A stretch of DNA of 57,614 nt, taken from the NCBI GenBank assembly GCA_964520645.1, contig CAZFND010000004.1, forward strand, positions 1 through 57,614, written 5' to 3'. This document shows, piece after piece, positions 39,783 to 50,700 of this stretch. Each line of letters begins with the position of its first letter. The first letter of the stretch is position 1. Both the position numbers and the translations under genes were made by a program. Origin of the DNA: an uncultured Candidatus Saccharibacteria bacterium (GTDB lineage Bacteria > Patescibacteriota > Minisyncoccia > Phycocordibacterales > JAKAEA01). A model generated the notes under the pieces. The model was not told where the DNA came from, did not search any database, and was given only the letters and a program-made list of their open reading frames with translations.

Positions 39783-40682
39783 ATGCAGCCACTTAAAGTA
39801 ATCACTCACAGCGGCCGTTATCATTCTGATGACATTTTTGCTGTTGCCACACTCAGTATTTTGTTTAAACAGCAAAATAAAAGTTTTGAAATAATAAGAA
39901 CAAGAGAGCCAGAAATAATAAAAACAGGGGATTTTGTTGTGGATGTTGGAGGTGTATATGATTCAGAACATAATGCCTTTGATCACCACCAGCCAGGTGG
40001 AGCAGGTATGCGAGAAAATAAAATTCCGTATGCAGCATTTGGTTTGGTATGGAAGAAGTATGGTGAACTTGTTGCAGGTTCTCCTTCTCGAGCTGCAAAA
40101 ATAGAAAAAGATTTGGTAATGCCAATTGATGCAAATGATAATGGTGTAGCAATATCAGAGTCTCTTTTTAATGATGTTAGCCCATTTTTAATTCAAGATT
40201 TCTTTAGAGGCTTTTATCCAACATGGAAAGAGTCTGAAGATAAGCTCGATACTACATTTGTAGAGCTTGTTACTATCGCTCAAGGTATTTTGCTAAGAAA
40301 AATAAAGCATGAAGAAGCACGAGAAGAGGCAGATCAATTTGTCACTGCTGCATATAGACTTGCTCCCGACAAACGACTCATTCTTCTTGATAAACCATAT
40401 CCTTGGACTGATGTACTCATTAATTTCGAAGAGCCACTTTTTGTCATAAAGCCAGTTTTGGACGGGACTAAGTGGAGCGTGAGCGCTGTACCAGTCGATC
40501 ATTCTGGTTCCTTTAAAAATCGTATGGCATTACCACAAGAATGGGCAGGAAAAAGAGATGAAGAATTGCAGAAAATTACGGGGGTAACCGATGCTGTATT
40601 TTGTCATAACAAACTTTTTATGGTTGTTGCTGTATCAAAGGAAGGAGCTCTACAGCTTGCACAACTTGCCTTAGCAAGATAA
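39783..40682 (+). CDS. MYG1/UPF0160-family metal-dependent hydrolase
   Basis: Motifs THSGRYHSDDIFAVA, DHHQ, FCHNKLFM. Confidence 0.85.
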   Translation: MQPLKVITHSGRYHSDDIFAVATLSILFKQQNKSFEIIRTREPEIIKTGDFVVDVGGVYDSEHNAFDHHQPGGAGMRENKIPYAAFGLVWKKYGELVAGSPSRAAKIEKDLVMPIDANDNGVAISESLFNDVSPFLIQDFFRGFYPTWKESEDKLDTTFVELVTIAQGILLRKIKHEEAREEADQFVTAAYRLAPDKRLILLDKPYPWTDVLINFEEPLFVIKPVLDGTKWSVSAVPVDHSGSFKNRMALPQEWAGKRDEELQKITGVTDAVFCHNKLFMVVAVSKEGALQLAQLALAR

Positions 40683-40694
40683 GGTATAGATACT

Positions 40695-41666
40695 ATGGCA
40701 TTTATTGATGAATTAACAATTTTCGCTCAGGCGGGCAAAGGAGGACATGGTGTCGTCCGATGGCGTCATGAGAAGGGTAAAGATCTCTCTGGAGCCGCTG
40801 GTGGCAATGGAGGTAAGGGAGGCGACGTCTATGCTCGCGCTGTTCGTGATATTCAGCTTCTGGCTAAATATAAACACAAAAAGGAATTTGCTGCAGGCAA
40901 AGGTGAAGATGGCATGCGCAACAGTATGCATGGAAAGGATGGTGAAGATCTCATTATTGATTTTCCTATTGGTTCTATTATTACCAATCTTTCAACTCAG
41001 AAAAAGCATAGTTTTCTAAAAGAAGGTGAGGAAGTACTTCTTCTTAAAGGTGGTCGTGGTGGGCTTGGAAACGAGCATTTCAAGGCGTCTACCAATACTA
41101 CTCCTACAGAATTTACTTATGGTAAAGAAGGTGAGGAGGCTAACTTTTATATCGAACTTGAGCTTGTTGCTGATGCTGGGCTTGTTGGGTTGCCAAATGC
41201 GGGTAAATCTAGTCTTTTAAATGAACTTACCAATGCAAAATCAAAAGTAGCGAGTTATCAATTTACTACACTTGAGCCAGCTCTGGGCGATATGGAAGGA
41301 TTCATTCTTGCCGACATTCCCGGTCTTATTGAAGGCGCATCAGAAGGCCGCGGTCTTGGTATTAAATTCTTGAGACATATCAAACGTACAAAATTGGTTT
41401 TACACTGCATTTCTCTCGAAAATGAAGATATGATGGGAGTCTACAAAACTATTAGAAAGGAACTTGATGCGTTTGATATGTCCCTTTCTCAAAAAGAAGA
41501 AATAATTATTCTCACAAAAACTGATCTTGTCACACCGGATGTCCTTAAAGATAAAATTAAAGAATTCAAAAAAATTACAAAAAATATTTTCACTGTTTCT
41601 ATTCTTGATGATGCATCTGTAAAAGAGCTTAAAGATAGTCTCATAAAGATTTTAAGAAAAAATTAA
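40695..41666 (+). CDS. obg: GTPase Obg
   Basis: Obg fold FIDELTIFAQAGKGGHGVVRWRHEK. G1 GLPNAGKSSLL, G3 DIPGLIEGA, G4 TKTD. Confidence 0.95.
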   Translation: MAFIDELTIFAQAGKGGHGVVRWRHEKGKDLSGAAGGNGGKGGDVYARAVRDIQLLAKYKHKKEFAAGKGEDGMRNSMHGKDGEDLIIDFPIGSIITNLSTQKKHSFLKEGEEVLLLKGGRGGLGNEHFKASTNTTPTEFTYGKEGEEANFYIELELVADAGLVGLPNAGKSSLLNELTNAKSKVASYQFTTLEPALGDMEGFILADIPGLIEGASEGRGLGIKFLRHIKRTKLVLHCISLENEDMMGVYKTIRKELDAFDMSLSQKEEIIILTKTDLVTPDVLKDKIKEFKKITKNIFTVSILDDASVKELKDSLIKILRKN

Positions 41667-41670
41667 AAAG

Positions 41671-41679
41671 TGATAGCAT
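41671..41679 (+). promoter_or_regulatory. Extended -10 (TGaTAGCAT) ending 6 nt before the gatB ATG
   Basis: TG at 41671-41672, TAGCAT at 41674-41679, ATG at 41686. An alternative TAGAAT at 41679-41684 makes this ambiguous. Confidence 0.3.
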
Positions 41680-41685
41680 AGAATC

Positions 41686-43113
41686 ATGAAAGACTACAAA
41701 GTTACTATTGGCTTGGAAGTGCACGCAGAACTCAATACGAAGACCAAGATGTTCTGCAATTCTAAGAACGATCCGGATGAAAAGCGGCCCAACGTCAATA
41801 TTTGTCCTATCTGTATGGGACATCCTGGAACACTGCCTGTAATCAATAAAGAAGCAGTAAAGCATGTGTTAAAAGTGGGCTTGGCACTTAATGGCGAGCT
41901 TGCCGACTTTACTGAATTTGATCGGAAGAATTATTTTTATCCTGACATTCCAAAAGGCTATCAGCTTTCACAGTACAAATTTCCACTTGTTAAAGGTGGG
42001 GAATTGGCAGGAGTAAAGATTACTCGAGTACACTTAGAAGAAGATACTGGTAAAAATACGCATCAGACTGACGGATTTAGTCTTGTAGATTACAACCGTG
42101 CAGGTGTGCCGCTTATGGAGCTTGTGACCGAGCCGGTCATTCATAGTGCCGAAGAGGCTGTGAAATTTGCAAAAGAATTGCAGCTAGTTCTCAAGTATTT
42201 GGGAGTGGGCGAAGCAAATATGGAAAAAGGAGAGATGCGAGTTGAAGCAAATATTTCTATTAGTGATGATCCTACAAAATTTGGTACAAAAGTAGAAGTA
42301 AAAAATCTCAACTCATTTAGAGCTGTAGAGCGTGCTATTAAATATGAAGTGGAACGTCATGCAAAATTGCTTGAGAAAGGGGAGAAAGTAATTCAGGAGA
42401 CACGAGGCTGGAATGAATCTTCTGATTCTACATATTCTCAGCGCAAGAAAGAAGATTCACATGATTACAGATACTTCCCAGATCCAGATCTTCCAAAACT
42501 TAGAATTTCAGAGATTCCAGAATTTAACAAAGAAGTATTACAAAAAGAGCTCAAAGAATTGCCTTGGGAAAAAAGAGCACGATACGAAAAAGAATTTGAA
42601 CTCAAACCTGCAGATGTAGATATTTATATCCAGTCACCAGAATGGGGTCATTATTTTGAAGCGCTTATTGCAGATTTTGGAGGTGACAAGAAGCTTATCA
42701 AGCTTGCATCAAACTATATAAGTTCTGATTTATTGGGATTAGTAAAAAAAGAACCTGAATTTTGGGAAAAAAGTCCTATCTCTGACAAGAGCTTTGCAGA
42801 ATTAATTAAAATGGTTGGAGAAAATAAAATAAATTCTCGAGCTGCAAAAGATATTTTAGCGATACTGTATAAAGAAGGAGGAGCTCCATCACAGATAGCA
42901 GAAGCTAAAGGATTGCTCCAGAAGAATGATGAAGGGGAACTCAAAGCTATTATTCAGAAAATTATTACAGATAATGCTAAAGTAGTTGCTGAATACAAAG
43001 CTGGCAAAGAAGCGTCACTACAGTTTCTTATTGGACAAGGTATGAAAGCTACGCGTGGATCAGCCAATCCAGAACTTCTTAAAAAGCTTTTTATCGAGGG
43101 ATTAGCCAACTAG
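41686..43113 (+). CDS. gatB: Asp-tRNA(Asn)/Glu-tRNA(Gln) amidotransferase subunit B
   Basis: Motifs IGLEVHAELNTKTKMFC, NRAGVPLMELVTEP, and a C-terminal YqeY-like domain. Confidence 0.96.
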   Translation: MKDYKVTIGLEVHAELNTKTKMFCNSKNDPDEKRPNVNICPICMGHPGTLPVINKEAVKHVLKVGLALNGELADFTEFDRKNYFYPDIPKGYQLSQYKFPLVKGGELAGVKITRVHLEEDTGKNTHQTDGFSLVDYNRAGVPLMELVTEPVIHSAEEAVKFAKELQLVLKYLGVGEANMEKGEMRVEANISISDDPTKFGTKVEVKNLNSFRAVERAIKYEVERHAKLLEKGEKVIQETRGWNESSDSTYSQRKKEDSHDYRYFPDPDLPKLRISEIPEFNKEVLQKELKELPWEKRARYEKEFELKPADVDIYIQSPEWGHYFEALIADFGGDKKLIKLASNYISSDLLGLVKKEPEFWEKSPISDKSFAELIKMVGENKINSRAAKDILAILYKEGGAPSQIAEAKGLLQKNDEGELKAIIQKIITDNAKVVAEYKAGKEASLQFLIGQGMKATRGSANPELLKKLFIEGLAN

Positions 43114-43127
43114 TATTTTTTAATTAA

Positions 43128-43138
43128 TGTGGTATAAT
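43128..43138 (+). promoter_or_regulatory. rnpB promoter, extended -10 (TGTGgTATAAT)
   Basis: The predicted +1 near 43145 matches the 5' end of the P1 helix. Confidence 0.6.
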
Positions 43139-43146
43139 ATTACCAC

Positions 43147-43496
43147 TTTGCATCGGATAATTGCGTCCTAAGAGTAATCGAGGGATGAGGAAAGTCCGAA
43201 CACTTGCCTGCCTTACGGCAGACAGCAGGGTAGCGGGTAACGCCCGTCTGGAGCAATCCACGAGGTGCGAGCAGAGACGTCTTGGTCTGAAAAGACCGGA
43301 CATCCATTTATGGATGAGTCTTCATATAAGCTTAGGGCTTGCTCTGAGCGAAGTCGAAGAGTGAAACGGCTAAATCCTTACTTAAGTGCAAGGCCGTGTC
43401 CCGAGAGTAATCGCGGGAAGAGCTGCTTGACCCTGTGAGCAATTACAGGGCTAGATAAATAATTATCGATAACAGAATTCGGCTTATAGATGCAAA
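43147..43496 (+). ncRNA. rnpB: RNase P RNA, bacterial type A
   Basis: Universal motifs GAGGAAAGTCCG (43187-43198) and ACAGAATTCGGCTTAT. GGGTAACGCCC element present. P1 pairing TTTGCATC (43147-43154) with GATGCAAA (43489-43496). A GC-rich island in an AT-rich context. Confidence 0.9.
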
Positions 43497-43503
43497 GCAT
43501 ATC

Positions 43504-43537
43504 AAAACTCGTCAGCCTAAGGCTGACGAGTTTTGCG
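43504..43537 (+). terminator. Rho-independent terminator after rnpB
   Basis: AAAACTCGTCAGCC pairs with GGCTGACGAGTTTT as a 14-bp perfect stem, loop TAA. Confidence 0.88.
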
Positions 43538-43566
43538 TTGAATGCAGTATCAGTATGAGATATAAT
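43538..43566 (+). promoter_or_regulatory. Sigma-70-type promoter TTGAAT-17 nt-TATAAT
   Basis: -35 at 43538-43543, 17-nt spacer, -10 at 43561-43566. ATG 43609 lies ~36 nt from the predicted +1. Confidence 0.55.
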
Positions 43567-43608
43567 TACATGAGCATTTTTGATAATAATATTTTTAGCA
43601 AATAAATT

Positions 43609-46014
43609 ATGGAACCTGAAAAAAAGTCTTCACGTCTTAACAATCGTTTTAATTATCTCGTTGTAGGCATTGTCCTTGCGCTTGTTGGTATTATTCCACT
43701 CTTTTTCATTCCGTCTGTGTTTATTGCCCTCCCATTTGCTAAAGCTATACTTCTCTATGGTGTAGTGCTTGTTGCGCTCTGTTTGTGGGTTATTGCTCGA
43801 CTTCAAGAAGGTAAGGTGAGTATTCCTCGACACTTCTTTTTTGTAGCGCTTGCCTTGGTTCCTATAAGTTATATTGCTTCAGCACTTTTTTCTGGTTCTC
43901 GTGGTACGTCATTTTTTGGCCAAGGATTTGAAACTCAGACTGCTGGTTTTATTTTCATTGCCTCACTTTTGACGTATATAACAGCGCAGGTCTTTAGTTC
44001 AAAGAAAAATATTACCTATGGCTATCTTGCATTTTTAGCCCCATTTCCTCTTATAGCTCTCTATCATATTGCTCGCTTTTTCTTTGGTGCATCTTTTCTC
44101 TCGTTTGGAGTTTTTGTTACCAATACTGCATCATTATTAGGAGGATGGAATGATTTGGGAATTTATGTAGGTTTAGTTGCTCTGTTTTCATTTGTTACAT
44201 TTGAATTATTACCACTTGAGCGATGGATGAGATCGATTCTTATCGGATTTTTTGTTGTATCCCTCTTTTTGCTCACGGTTATTAACTTTACGTTGAGTTG
44301 GTATGTATTAGGAACAGTGGCATTACTCTTCTTTATTTATAATTTTATTTTTAGTAGATCTAAGCTACAGGACAGTACTGGACGTAATAACATATCGATA
44401 ATTTCTATTATAGTTATCGTTGTTGCTATAGTTTTTATCATGATGAAAGGGAATATTTACAATACTCTTTCATCTTCACCGCTTAAGCTTAGTTTCTTTA
44501 ATGCATTGAACATATCAAATACAGAAGTTCGGCCTTCATGGATGAGTACTCTTTCAATTGCAAAGCATGCTTACGCACAAAATCCTATTTTGGGTATTGG
44601 ACCAAATCGTTTTGCAAATATCTGGCAACTCTGGAAGCCAAGCGATGTAAATACTACAATCTTTTGGTCAACTGATTTTAATTCTGCGACTGGATTTGTT
44701 CCAACTTCTATGATTACAACCGGTGTTGTGGGACTTATTGCTTGGCTCGCATTTCTCGGTTTATTGCTCTATGCAGGAATTGTGTCAATTTTTAAAAAGA
44801 GAGATACCATGAGTCAGTATCTTACTGTTTCCTCACTTATTTCTGCACTCTATTTGTGGGTGTTTAGTATTATGTATATACCATCAGCGACTATCTTAGT
44901 ACTTACATTCTTTTTCACCGGTCTCTTTTTTGCTTCTCTTATAGAAAATGGATCAATCAAAACTGTGACTTTTGATTTTATGAAAGATTCACGAGCAAGT
45001 TTCATTTCTGTAATTGTGCTTATTCTTGTAATTATAGGTACACTTGCTATCGGATCTATTGAGATCAAAAAATTCACAAGTGCATTTTACTTTAATAAAG
45101 GATTAGCTTTAGCAAATAATAATGGCAAAATAGACGATGTGGAATCCTATTTTAATAAAGCAATACAATATAATGAAGCTGATCTATACTATCGTGTATT
45201 AAGTAATATTGCTCTCGCTAAGCTCAATCTTCTCGTCTTAAATCAAAATTCTATTGCATCTACTACTCTTCAAACTCAATTTACAACTACATTTGCATCA
45301 GCGCTCTCTTCTGCTCAGCAAGCACTTGCGCTTGATCCAACAAATTACCAAAATCTTGTAGCACAAGGTCTCGTATATGATGTGCTCTTCCAGCTTGGTA
45401 ATACAGAGGCATATAGCAAAGCTCAACAGTCATATGCACAAGCAGCAGTACTCAATCCTACAAATCCTGCAATTCTTCTCAATCTCGCTCGTCTTGAAGT
45501 CGCACATAAAGATCTTCCAAAAGCTAAAGACTACATAGGTAAAACCTTAACTCTTAAGGGAAATTATACGGATGCTATATTCTTGCTTTCACAAATTCAG
45601 GTAGCAGAAGGGGATATAAAAAATGCGATAAAGTCTGTCCAAGCTGAAGTATCTATTGCTCCAAACGATCCAGGTATTTATTTTGAATTAGGATTGTTGT
45701 ATTACAACGACAAACAATATGGCAATGCTGCTGCTACGTTTGAACAAGCTATAATGCGAGCACCTGATTATGCGAATGCTAAATATTTCTTGGGTCTTTC
45801 TTACTATCGCTTAAATAAAGTAAGTGAAGCGATCAAGCAATTTCAAGATATAAAAGTAACAAATTCTGATAACAAAGAAGTTGATCTTATCCTCACTAAT
45901 TTAAAGGCAAATCGAGATCCATTTGCAAACGTAAAAGCTCCACTCGATAATAAGCCAGAAAAGCGTGCACAGCTTCCAATAAAAGAAAGTAGTAATACTA
46001 GTACGACTGAATAA
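43609..46014 (+). CDS. Wzy_C (O-antigen-ligase/O-OTase-like) polytopic membrane protein with C-terminal TPR repeats
   Basis: 801 aa. N-terminal ~480 aa are polytopic (ILGIGPNRF loop). C-terminal TPR units include ALDPTNYQNL, LNPTNPAILLNLA, IAPNDPGIYFELG, RAPDYANAKYFLG. Confidence 0.75.
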   Translation: MEPEKKSSRLNNRFNYLVVGIVLALVGIIPLFFIPSVFIALPFAKAILLYGVVLVALCLWVIARLQEGKVSIPRHFFFVALALVPISYIASALFSGSRGTSFFGQGFETQTAGFIFIASLLTYITAQVFSSKKNITYGYLAFLAPFPLIALYHIARFFFGASFLSFGVFVTNTASLLGGWNDLGIYVGLVALFSFVTFELLPLERWMRSILIGFFVVSLFLLTVINFTLSWYVLGTVALLFFIYNFIFSRSKLQDSTGRNNISIISIIVIVVAIVFIMMKGNIYNTLSSSPLKLSFFNALNISNTEVRPSWMSTLSIAKHAYAQNPILGIGPNRFANIWQLWKPSDVNTTIFWSTDFNSATGFVPTSMITTGVVGLIAWLAFLGLLLYAGIVSIFKKRDTMSQYLTVSSLISALYLWVFSIMYIPSATILVLTFFFTGLFFASLIENGSIKTVTFDFMKDSRASFISVIVLILVIIGTLAIGSIEIKKFTSAFYFNKGLALANNNGKIDDVESYFNKAIQYNEADLYYRVLSNIALAKLNLLVLNQNSIASTTLQTQFTTTFASALSSAQQALALDPTNYQNLVAQGLVYDVLFQLGNTEAYSKAQQSYAQAAVLNPTNPAILLNLARLEVAHKDLPKAKDYIGKTLTLKGNYTDAIFLLSQIQVAEGDIKNAIKSVQAEVSIAPNDPGIYFELGLLYYNDKQYGNAAATFEQAIMRAPDYANAKYFLGLSYYRLNKVSEAIKQFQDIKVTNSDNKEVDLILTNLKANRDPFANVKAPLDNKPEKRAQLPIKESSNTSTTE

Positions 46015-46022
46015 TTTACATT

Positions 46023-47696
46023 ATGGTAAAAAGAATTTTTCGATTAATTACCCAAGAAATCAGCGGTGTTCATGAAGCCGCATATCTTTTGGGGTTCTTC
46101 GCTCTTTCTTCCCAAGTTTTAGCACTTGTGCGGGATAGATTACTTGCCGCAACTTTTGGGGCAAGTCATGCTCTTGATGCCTATTATGCAGCTTTTCGAA
46201 TTCCTGATTTTATCTTTGTCTCTATTGCCTCAATGGTATCTATTTCTGTGCTTATTCCATTTCTCATGGAGCGAATTAACAAGGGTGAGAGTGAAGCAAA
46301 AGAATTTATCGATGCAGTATTTAGTATCTTCTTTTTTATCATCGCCGCAGTAGGAATTGTGGCATATATTCTTACTCCATACTTGCTTCACATATTTTTC
46401 CCAACATTTACCTCAGATTTTGATACTCTCACCACGATGACTCGTATTATGCTGCTGTCACCCATTTTTTTGGGATTCTCAAACTTTCTTGCAAGTATTA
46501 CACAGATTTATCGAAGATTCTTTATTTATGCCATAAGTCCTATTGTCTATAACTTAGGAATTATTATTGGAATCGTATTCTTATATCCATACTTAGGAAT
46601 TGTTGGTCTTGCGTGGGGAGTAGCTCTTGGAGCATTTCTTCATTTCTTTATTCAAGTGCCGTTTGTAGTAGGGAAATCATTGTTCCCTCGAATTCATTTT
46701 AAAGTAAACATTGAGCCAGTACGCAAAGTTATTCTTGTATCATTGCCGCGTACGCTTACAATTTCTTCTAATGAAATAGCAGAATTTTTCTTAGTATCAC
46801 TGGCATCACTTCTTGCTGGGGGAGCAATTTCTGTTTTCAATTTTTCATGGAATTTGCAATCGGTGCCACTTTCAATTGTGGGAGTGAGTTATTCGTTGGC
46901 AGCGTTTCCTGTGCTTACAAAATTCTATACTACAGGAGATACAAAAAAGTTTGTTAACCAAATGATTGTCACAAGTAAGCACATTATCTTTTGGTCAATA
47001 CCAATCATGGTAATGTTTATTGTTCTTCGGGCGCAGATTGTACGTGTCATTTTGGGATCGGGGCACTTTGACTGGGAAGCAACGCGCTTAACTGCTGCAG
47101 CACTTGCTCTTTTTACGCTCTCACTCATTCCACAAAGTCTTACTATGCTTTTTGTACGAGCCTATTATTCTCGAGGCAATACACGCAAACCTCTTTTAAT
47201 GAATTTTGTTTCTGCGGGTCTTATCATTCTGTCATCGTACATGCTTGTCTATGTATTTAATCACACTCCTTTTTTCAGATATTTTATAGAAAGCTTACTT
47301 CGTGTTTCAGATTTGCCTGACGTTGTCGTACTTATGTTGCCATTAGGTTTTACTATTGGAGCAACGATCAACATGATTATTCACTGGGTCGCGTTTGAAA
47401 AAGATTTTAAAGGCTTTACTCAGGCAATTGCACGTTCGTCATTTGAAGTTGTATCTGCTTCAATCCTCATGGGAGCTGTGACGTATTACATTCTTGATAC
47501 ATTTGGGCACATTTTTGATCTTGATACGTTTGGAGGAGTATTTTTGCAAGGCTTTATCGCAGGTATTATTGGTATTGTTATCTGGCTTGCAGTGCTTATC
47601 ATTCTTAATAATAAAGAAATTGTCGAAATATCAGGAGCGCTTAAGAGAAAAATCTGGAAAGCTGAACCTATTCCTTCCGATTCATTATCAATGTAG
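46023..47696 (+). CDS. murJ: Lipid II flippase MurJ (MviN)
   Basis: LVRDRLLAATFGASHALDAYYAAFRIPDFIF signature and 14 TM helices. 8-nt gap from the upstream gene. Confidence 0.9.
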   Translation: MVKRIFRLITQEISGVHEAAYLLGFFALSSQVLALVRDRLLAATFGASHALDAYYAAFRIPDFIFVSIASMVSISVLIPFLMERINKGESEAKEFIDAVFSIFFFIIAAVGIVAYILTPYLLHIFFPTFTSDFDTLTTMTRIMLLSPIFLGFSNFLASITQIYRRFFIYAISPIVYNLGIIIGIVFLYPYLGIVGLAWGVALGAFLHFFIQVPFVVGKSLFPRIHFKVNIEPVRKVILVSLPRTLTISSNEIAEFFLVSLASLLAGGAISVFNFSWNLQSVPLSIVGVSYSLAAFPVLTKFYTTGDTKKFVNQMIVTSKHIIFWSIPIMVMFIVLRAQIVRVILGSGHFDWEATRLTAAALALFTLSLIPQSLTMLFVRAYYSRGNTRKPLLMNFVSAGLIILSSYMLVYVFNHTPFFRYFIESLLRVSDLPDVVVLMLPLGFTIGATINMIIHWVAFEKDFKGFTQAIARSSFEVVSASILMGAVTYYILDTFGHIFDLDTFGGVFLQGFIAGIIGIVIWLAVLIILNNKEIVEISGALKRKIWKAEPIPSDSLSM

Positions 47697-47704
47697 TGTA
47701 TAAT
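47694..47704 (+). promoter_or_regulatory. TAGTGTATAAT promoter-like 11-mer, copy 2 of 3
   Basis: Its TAG is the murJ stop. TATAAT at 47699-47704 ends 7 nt before GTG 47712. Confidence 0.4.
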
Positions 47705-47711
47705 AAATAGC

Positions 47712-50700
47712 GTGAAACAGAAGTTATTGTATATTTTTCTTCTTCTCTTATTCTTTTTGCCTACATTTGCAGGGGCATCTACTACTGATGGCACAATTGA
47801 TCCTACATACAATCGTGCTCGGTTTATAAATGGAACGGGTGGGTATATCAACTTTGCAGCATCGCAAGGTAATGTTCATGTGACCGATGCTGGAATGACG
47901 GGCTATGCCTGGAGTGAAAATTATGGATGGATCAATCTCAATCCTGCTAATGGAGGAGTCTTGAATGATGCTGAAGGAACACTAAGTGGCTATGCTTGGG
48001 GTGAAAAAATGGGATGGATAAATTTCAAACCTACAAATGGTGGTGTAACGATTGATGCCAATGGTAATTTTTTGGGTTATGCATGGAGTGAAAAATTGGG
48101 ATGGATTTCTTTCAACTGTGCAACAGAAGGGAATTGTGGCAGCACAAGCTACAAGGTGATGACTGATTGGCGTCCATTAACCGTACGCAATAGTACAAGT
48201 ACACCAGGAGGTGGAGGTTCGGGCGGCGGCGGTGGAGGGGGTGGTGGTTGTGTTACGGGATGTACGCCGCCGCCTTCTTTTGACGTCTGTCCAAATATTG
48301 CCGGAAATCAAACGTCTGTTCCACCTGGCTTGGTAGTAAACCTCGCAGGTAGTTGTGTTGCACCTCAAGCATGTCTTGCATTGCCACAACAGCTCAAACA
48401 GAGTCTTGATGTCATGCTTGTGATAGATCTCTCTGGTAGTATGAACGATACTATTGGTGGAGCTACAAAAATTTCTCAAGCTAAGGCAGCAGCGATAACC
48501 TTTGTAAATAGTCTTGATCCTAATTCGGATAAGGTAGGTCTCGCAACATTTGCAAATACAAGTAGATTAGAAAACGCTCTTACGAGTGTATTTGGTCCTG
48601 TAAACACAAAAATAAATAGTCTCGTTGTAAGTGGTGGTACAAATATTGGTGATGGAATTCAGACTGCTCACAACGAACTTGTTGCTCATGGACGTTCAAA
48701 TGCAAAGCATATTATTATTCTTTTGACTGATGGATATGTGAATGCCCCTGGAACAAATCCATATGGATATGCTGTGGGTACTTCAAATACAGCTAAATCT
48801 GGAGCAGATATTATTTATACTATTGGACTAGGATCAACAGTAGATGCCTCATTTTTGAAAACGGTAGCAACGCAAGCAAGTAATTACTATTATTCTCCAA
48901 CGGGTAGTGATCTCCAAAATATTTATCTTCAAATTTCTGCGATCGAATGTACATCACAAACTTCGAATGTTTCAGGAAAAATAATACAAGATCAAAATGG
49001 AAATGGAGTGTATGATCAAGGTGAATTGGGATTTTCAGGAGCTACTATAGATATTATAAGTACCAACGCTTCGCAACCGATGCGTGTTGCCGTAACACTT
49101 TCTGACGGTTCCTTCAATTTTTCTGGCGTTGCACCAGGAGATTATCTTGTCTGTTCAGAGCAGCAGGGAAGTTATACTCAAACATATCCGCTACTCAACA
49201 ATGGTTGTTTCTCTATATCTATCATTCAAGGATATAGTGTTAACGAATTAGTCTTTGCCCTTACATCGGGCGCTCCTCCTACATCTGGAGATTCATGTAA
49301 CAATATTTCAGGTATACAAACGAGTATTCCACTAGGATTGGTATCTGACGGATCAGGTAATTGTATTCCACCAGGAGTTACTCCAACCGATCTTTGCTCT
49401 AATATTTCAGGTAATCAATTTTACATTCCAGACGGAATGATTTTGGATGAACAAGCTCAATGCGTAATTCCGCTCCAACCAGTAGATGTTTGCCCTAATA
49501 TGGCCGGCAATCAGGCATTCCTTCCTGCTGGAATGGAATATGATAGTCTTGGCAATTGTACTCCAATCACAAATGCAGATCTTTGTCCTAACATTGCAGG
49601 AGCTCAAACTACCGTTCCTTCAAATATGTCGATTAATAGTCAGGGTGATTGTGTGACTATTGTAAGCGATATGTGTCCAAATATTATGGGCACGCAAGGA
49701 GTAGTTCCATTAGGAATGGTGATGGATATAGATGGTAATTGTGTCGCTGCAACTGCAACACGAGATGTTTGTGTAAATATTTCAGGTACTCAAAATTCGG
49801 TGCCCGCAGGTATGACCGTAGATGGTGATGGCAATTGTACATTAATTCCACTATCAACTGATGTATGTCCCAACATTACAGGAGAACAATCATCAATTCC
49901 TGGAGGTATGAGATATGATTCAAATGGCAATTGTATTACACCTCCGCCTCCATGTGTTGGTATTTTGTGTAATCTTCCTACAATTGATATTCCATCACTT
50001 CCACCATTACCTTCGTTGCCACCTGTATTTCAGGGATATGTAGATAGTGGAACTAATACTGTGGGTGATATTCAGCGAGCACTTCAAGATATTTATAAAG
50101 ATCCAAATGTGAGTATCACGGGTAAAGCATTTAGTTTAATTGGACTTATTGTTGGATTATTGGGTGCGCTTTCTGCACTCTTCCTGACACCACTTTCATT
50201 GGCAGAATTGGTTCTCTTACCATTTAGATTGTGGAGTTTGTTAATGAGTCTTCTTGGATTCAAAAAGAAATATCGACCATGGGGAACTGTATACGATAGT
50301 GTGACAAAGCAGCCACTTGATCCTGCATATGTAGTGCTCAAAGATAGCCAGGGCAATGATATCTCTACTGCGATTACTGATCTTGATGGACGATACGGCT
50401 TTCTTACTCAAGGAGGTTCATTCAGTCTTGTTGCTAATAAGACAAATTACACATTCCCTTCAGAAAAATTGGCAGGGAAGACTTCTGATGAATTGTATAC
50501 CAATCTCTACTTTGGAGGGCTTGTGACAGTAGATGCGAAGACTGCTGTGATTGATAGAAACATTCCTCTCGATCCACAAAATTTTGATTGGAATGAGTTT
50601 GCAAAGAGGAATAAAAATTTGATGAAGTTTTATTCTGCACGAGATCGAATGTTTCATAAACTTGCTGATCTATTCTTCAGACTTGGTTTCATTTGTGCGC

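Noticed and set aside
43161-43364. A 67-aa + strand ORF in the supplied track
   Set aside because: It lies entirely inside RNase P RNA, which has both universal motifs and P1 pairing. It is open only because the RNA is GC-rich.
48207-48254. The Gly-codon tract here, and 55358..55384 in the fibre gene, as phase-variable simple-sequence repeats
   Set aside because: The codons are mixed (GGA, GGT, GGC, GGG, TCG). There is no long homopolymer or perfect short tandem unit, so slipped-strand switching is unlikely. They read as flexible linkers.
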